A stretch of DNA of 64,000 bases from Trichoplax adhaerens. Its lineage: Eukaryota; Animalia; Placozoa. The stretch lies in contig NW_002060943.1 of the NCBI RefSeq assembly GCF_000150275.1, positions 305,077 through 369,076 on the forward strand. The letters run 5' to 3'. Shown here in pieces: positions 61,602 to 64,000 of this stretch. Numbering within the stretch: position 1 is the first letter of the stretch; each line of letters opens with the position of its first letter. Below the pieces are notes generated by a model. That model was given only the letters and a program-made list of their open reading frames with translations, did no database searches and was not told where the DNA came from. The position numbers and the translations under genes are program-made.

Positions 61602-64000
61602 ATGTCTACTATGAAAAGCAATGATAATCATCCTTATCCAATGTATGACGCTTATAATGATGGGCCGCAACCACAAGGTTATGTTTTTCCTCCAAGGCGA
61701 CCAGCCTCGCAGCCAGGTGGTGCAGTGAGCAATCCACCATTCTCCACTAGACCTCGTTCTCGCTGCTTTCAAGGTCGTACTCGTATGCCTTATCATCCTT
61801 CTTCATCGTCAGGTATGCCAGACTATGCACCATCCAACTATCAAAACACCTCTCCACATGGGCAATATTTGCCACCTCGAGCTACACCACCGTTGGATAT
61901 GGAAGGGAATGCATTACCTAGCAACGTGCACCCTTCACCCTATCCGCAACATTATTTCCATCATGATGAATATTCTCACAGTGGTAAAGCCTATCCTGAA
62001 CGTAGATATAGAGGCAACTTCTCACGTCCATTTACAGTAAGTAAAATTGTTTCCAAAAATAGCTCTGTATGAATAGCGATAAACACTTCGTAAGATGAAA
62101 ATTGGTAGCTTCTTCTGAAATGGTCTTAATCCATTAATACTGTAATAATTAAATAACTCTACTTATCTTGCAACCTTGACATCGATATAATATCTGATTA
62201 TTAATTATGCATACAGTATATAGGTAGTTGTTCGTTCGTAAATAACTGCAAGCATACGGTAGTTAAAATTTGCATTTATTGGAGCATTCTCGTAAACTGT
62301 GTAAAAGCTATTACATCGATGCACGGTAAAATAGGCTAGACATAGATTTCGCTCGATCGTCAGTTAGTTTTAAGATTAGTAGTGTGATAGTGATATTCTA
62401 CATAGACTACGAGCTAATGTTGTGAATGAAATCTTACATGAAGAGAGGTGGACAAAATTCAAGCCGAAATTATAATTCAAAACAGCCTATTAAAAGGAAG
62501 AGATCAGAAAACGAAGAGACCAGAGATAAAAATGATTATTCTTTTAGTGTAAGTTTCAGCAATAAAGAGTTAAAGTCTTACAATATTGCGATGGTATTAT
62601 CATTTAAGGTCTAAAATATCCAAATGCTCTCATCGGTCTAGGGGGAAGAAAAAGTTTCTAAAGCTAGCCATATCAAGGTTAGCTCAATTCATCATGTTGA
62701 AGCTGTCTCTATCTATAATTCATTTATATTTGTATATAGACCAATTAGGTGATATTAATACTATATAAAATCTAGGCTTCATTTACTTCACGATTTAACG
62801 TAAAACTTGATTCTCCTGAAGATATTAAAGCATGGCGTGAACAAAGAAGAAAGTTAGTTATGATACTAATATACATGTACAGCATATTCATTTTACTCTA
62901 TTAAATGCATTATTGGCCAGGAATAGTCGAGAAAGTGACAAGTAGAGCATAATATAACTAATCATGTGTTTTAAATTTTGAAAGGAATTACCCAACAGCT
63001 GCTAACGTTGAGAAAAAGAAGCAAGAAGCTCTAGACAGAATTGAACGCGGTGAAATCATACCAGAAAAATCGAAAAGGTTTAGCTTAATTAAGACTCTGT
63101 GCAATTTTGATTAATTTACTAATTGTCTTGGATATATTTTAGATACTTAGGTCGAAGTAAACATCATAAAGGAAGAGGACAAAGGGGTAGAGGATATAAA
63201 TTTCAAAATAGAAATAATAGAAGAAGAGACAATTTCTCTGATGGACGGAAAAGGCAAAATAAAGGAATCAATCAAAGCGGCTTAGATTCAACCTTCAAGG
63301 GCGACCCCTTATCGATGTTAGCTGATGAATGTGGTAGTAACAATTCTGATGGTAAATTTACTTGGCAATGCCTTAAAAAGTTAAGATATTTACAACTTAA
63401 ATTTTGAATTAATTTAAGTTGAACAAACCTTTTACTTAGATGAATCGTCACGTGAAAGACCTGTTGGTCCCGACACAAATACTAAATCTGCCCCTCCGGT
63501 TCAATTATCGTCTGGTCTTACAACGTTGATGACTTCGTATAACAGCGAAGATAGTTCTGAGAATGATGAGAGTTCTATTAGTAAGTTATAAAGTCAATTT
63601 ATAATTACTTGGATATTTATTATTTCTAGCCTTGCTCTAGAAATGACATACATAATAGATCGCACCACTATGGGCTGTGTACCTAACGTATGCATGTAGG
63701 AATATGTTGTTTCTTTTTGCATTAAATTATTTAAGTGTCGTTCGTATCTGCTCCAATAGACAAATTCTCAACGGTTCTAAATGCTGACCTAAAAGCCCGT
63801 AGCGGTAATACTGACGAAATTAAGCGTGCTAAAGAAATTGTCAATAATTCAAAGCAAGAACGGCGATCAAATAATCGTCCCGAGGTAATTTTTTTATCAT
63901 TTAAACCTAAAATTATTGGCTGAAGAATCAAGTAAGATGAGTATATTTTTATTCATTTATTATAGTGGATGAAAGCAGCAGTAAATTCTAAACTAAAGAA
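61602..64000 (+). CDS. NUFIP1: NUFIP1 / Rsa1-like box C/D snoRNP assembly factor (continues past window end)
   Basis: Pro-rich exon 61602-62036. Later exons give KLDSPEDIKAWREQRRKNYPTAANVEKKK, matching the NUFIP1 domain LDTPEEIARWREERRKNYPTLANIERKK. Confidence 0.85.

Overview
Eukaryotic, AT-rich, intron-dense animal DNA with short introns and one 50-N scaffold gap (5419-5468). Composition and gene structure suggest a placozoan (Trichoplax-like) genome; this is inference, not confirmed. Spliced genes reconstructed by hand, in order: SMG9 (-, partial), a decayed cadherin-repeat region within complex tandem repeats, PCYT1/CCT copy A (+), CFAP126/Flattop (-), a divergent PCYT1 copy B (+), a 75-aa smORF (-), COPS9 (+), RPL22 (-), CUL3 (+, 27 coding exons with one AT-AC U12-type intron), ISOC (-), legumain (-), a foldback/MITE-like element, a 996-aa uninterrupted ORF (+), a Cys-rich 70-aa smORF (+), DPH2 (-) and NUFIP1 (+, partial). 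The standout is the 996-aa ORF. It fuses an IDO/PrnB-like heme domain, an FNR-type FAD/NAD(P)H reductase and cytochrome b5, so it looks like a self-reducing heme oxygenase. It lacks introns in an intron-rich region (candidate horizontal acquisition), has an RFX X-box match upstream and is bracketed by pieces of the same repeat element. Second highlight: PCYT1 copy B keeps an open spliced frame but has lost the choline/CTP-binding residues and the autoinhibitory helix. All family assignments come from remembered motifs; no database search was run.
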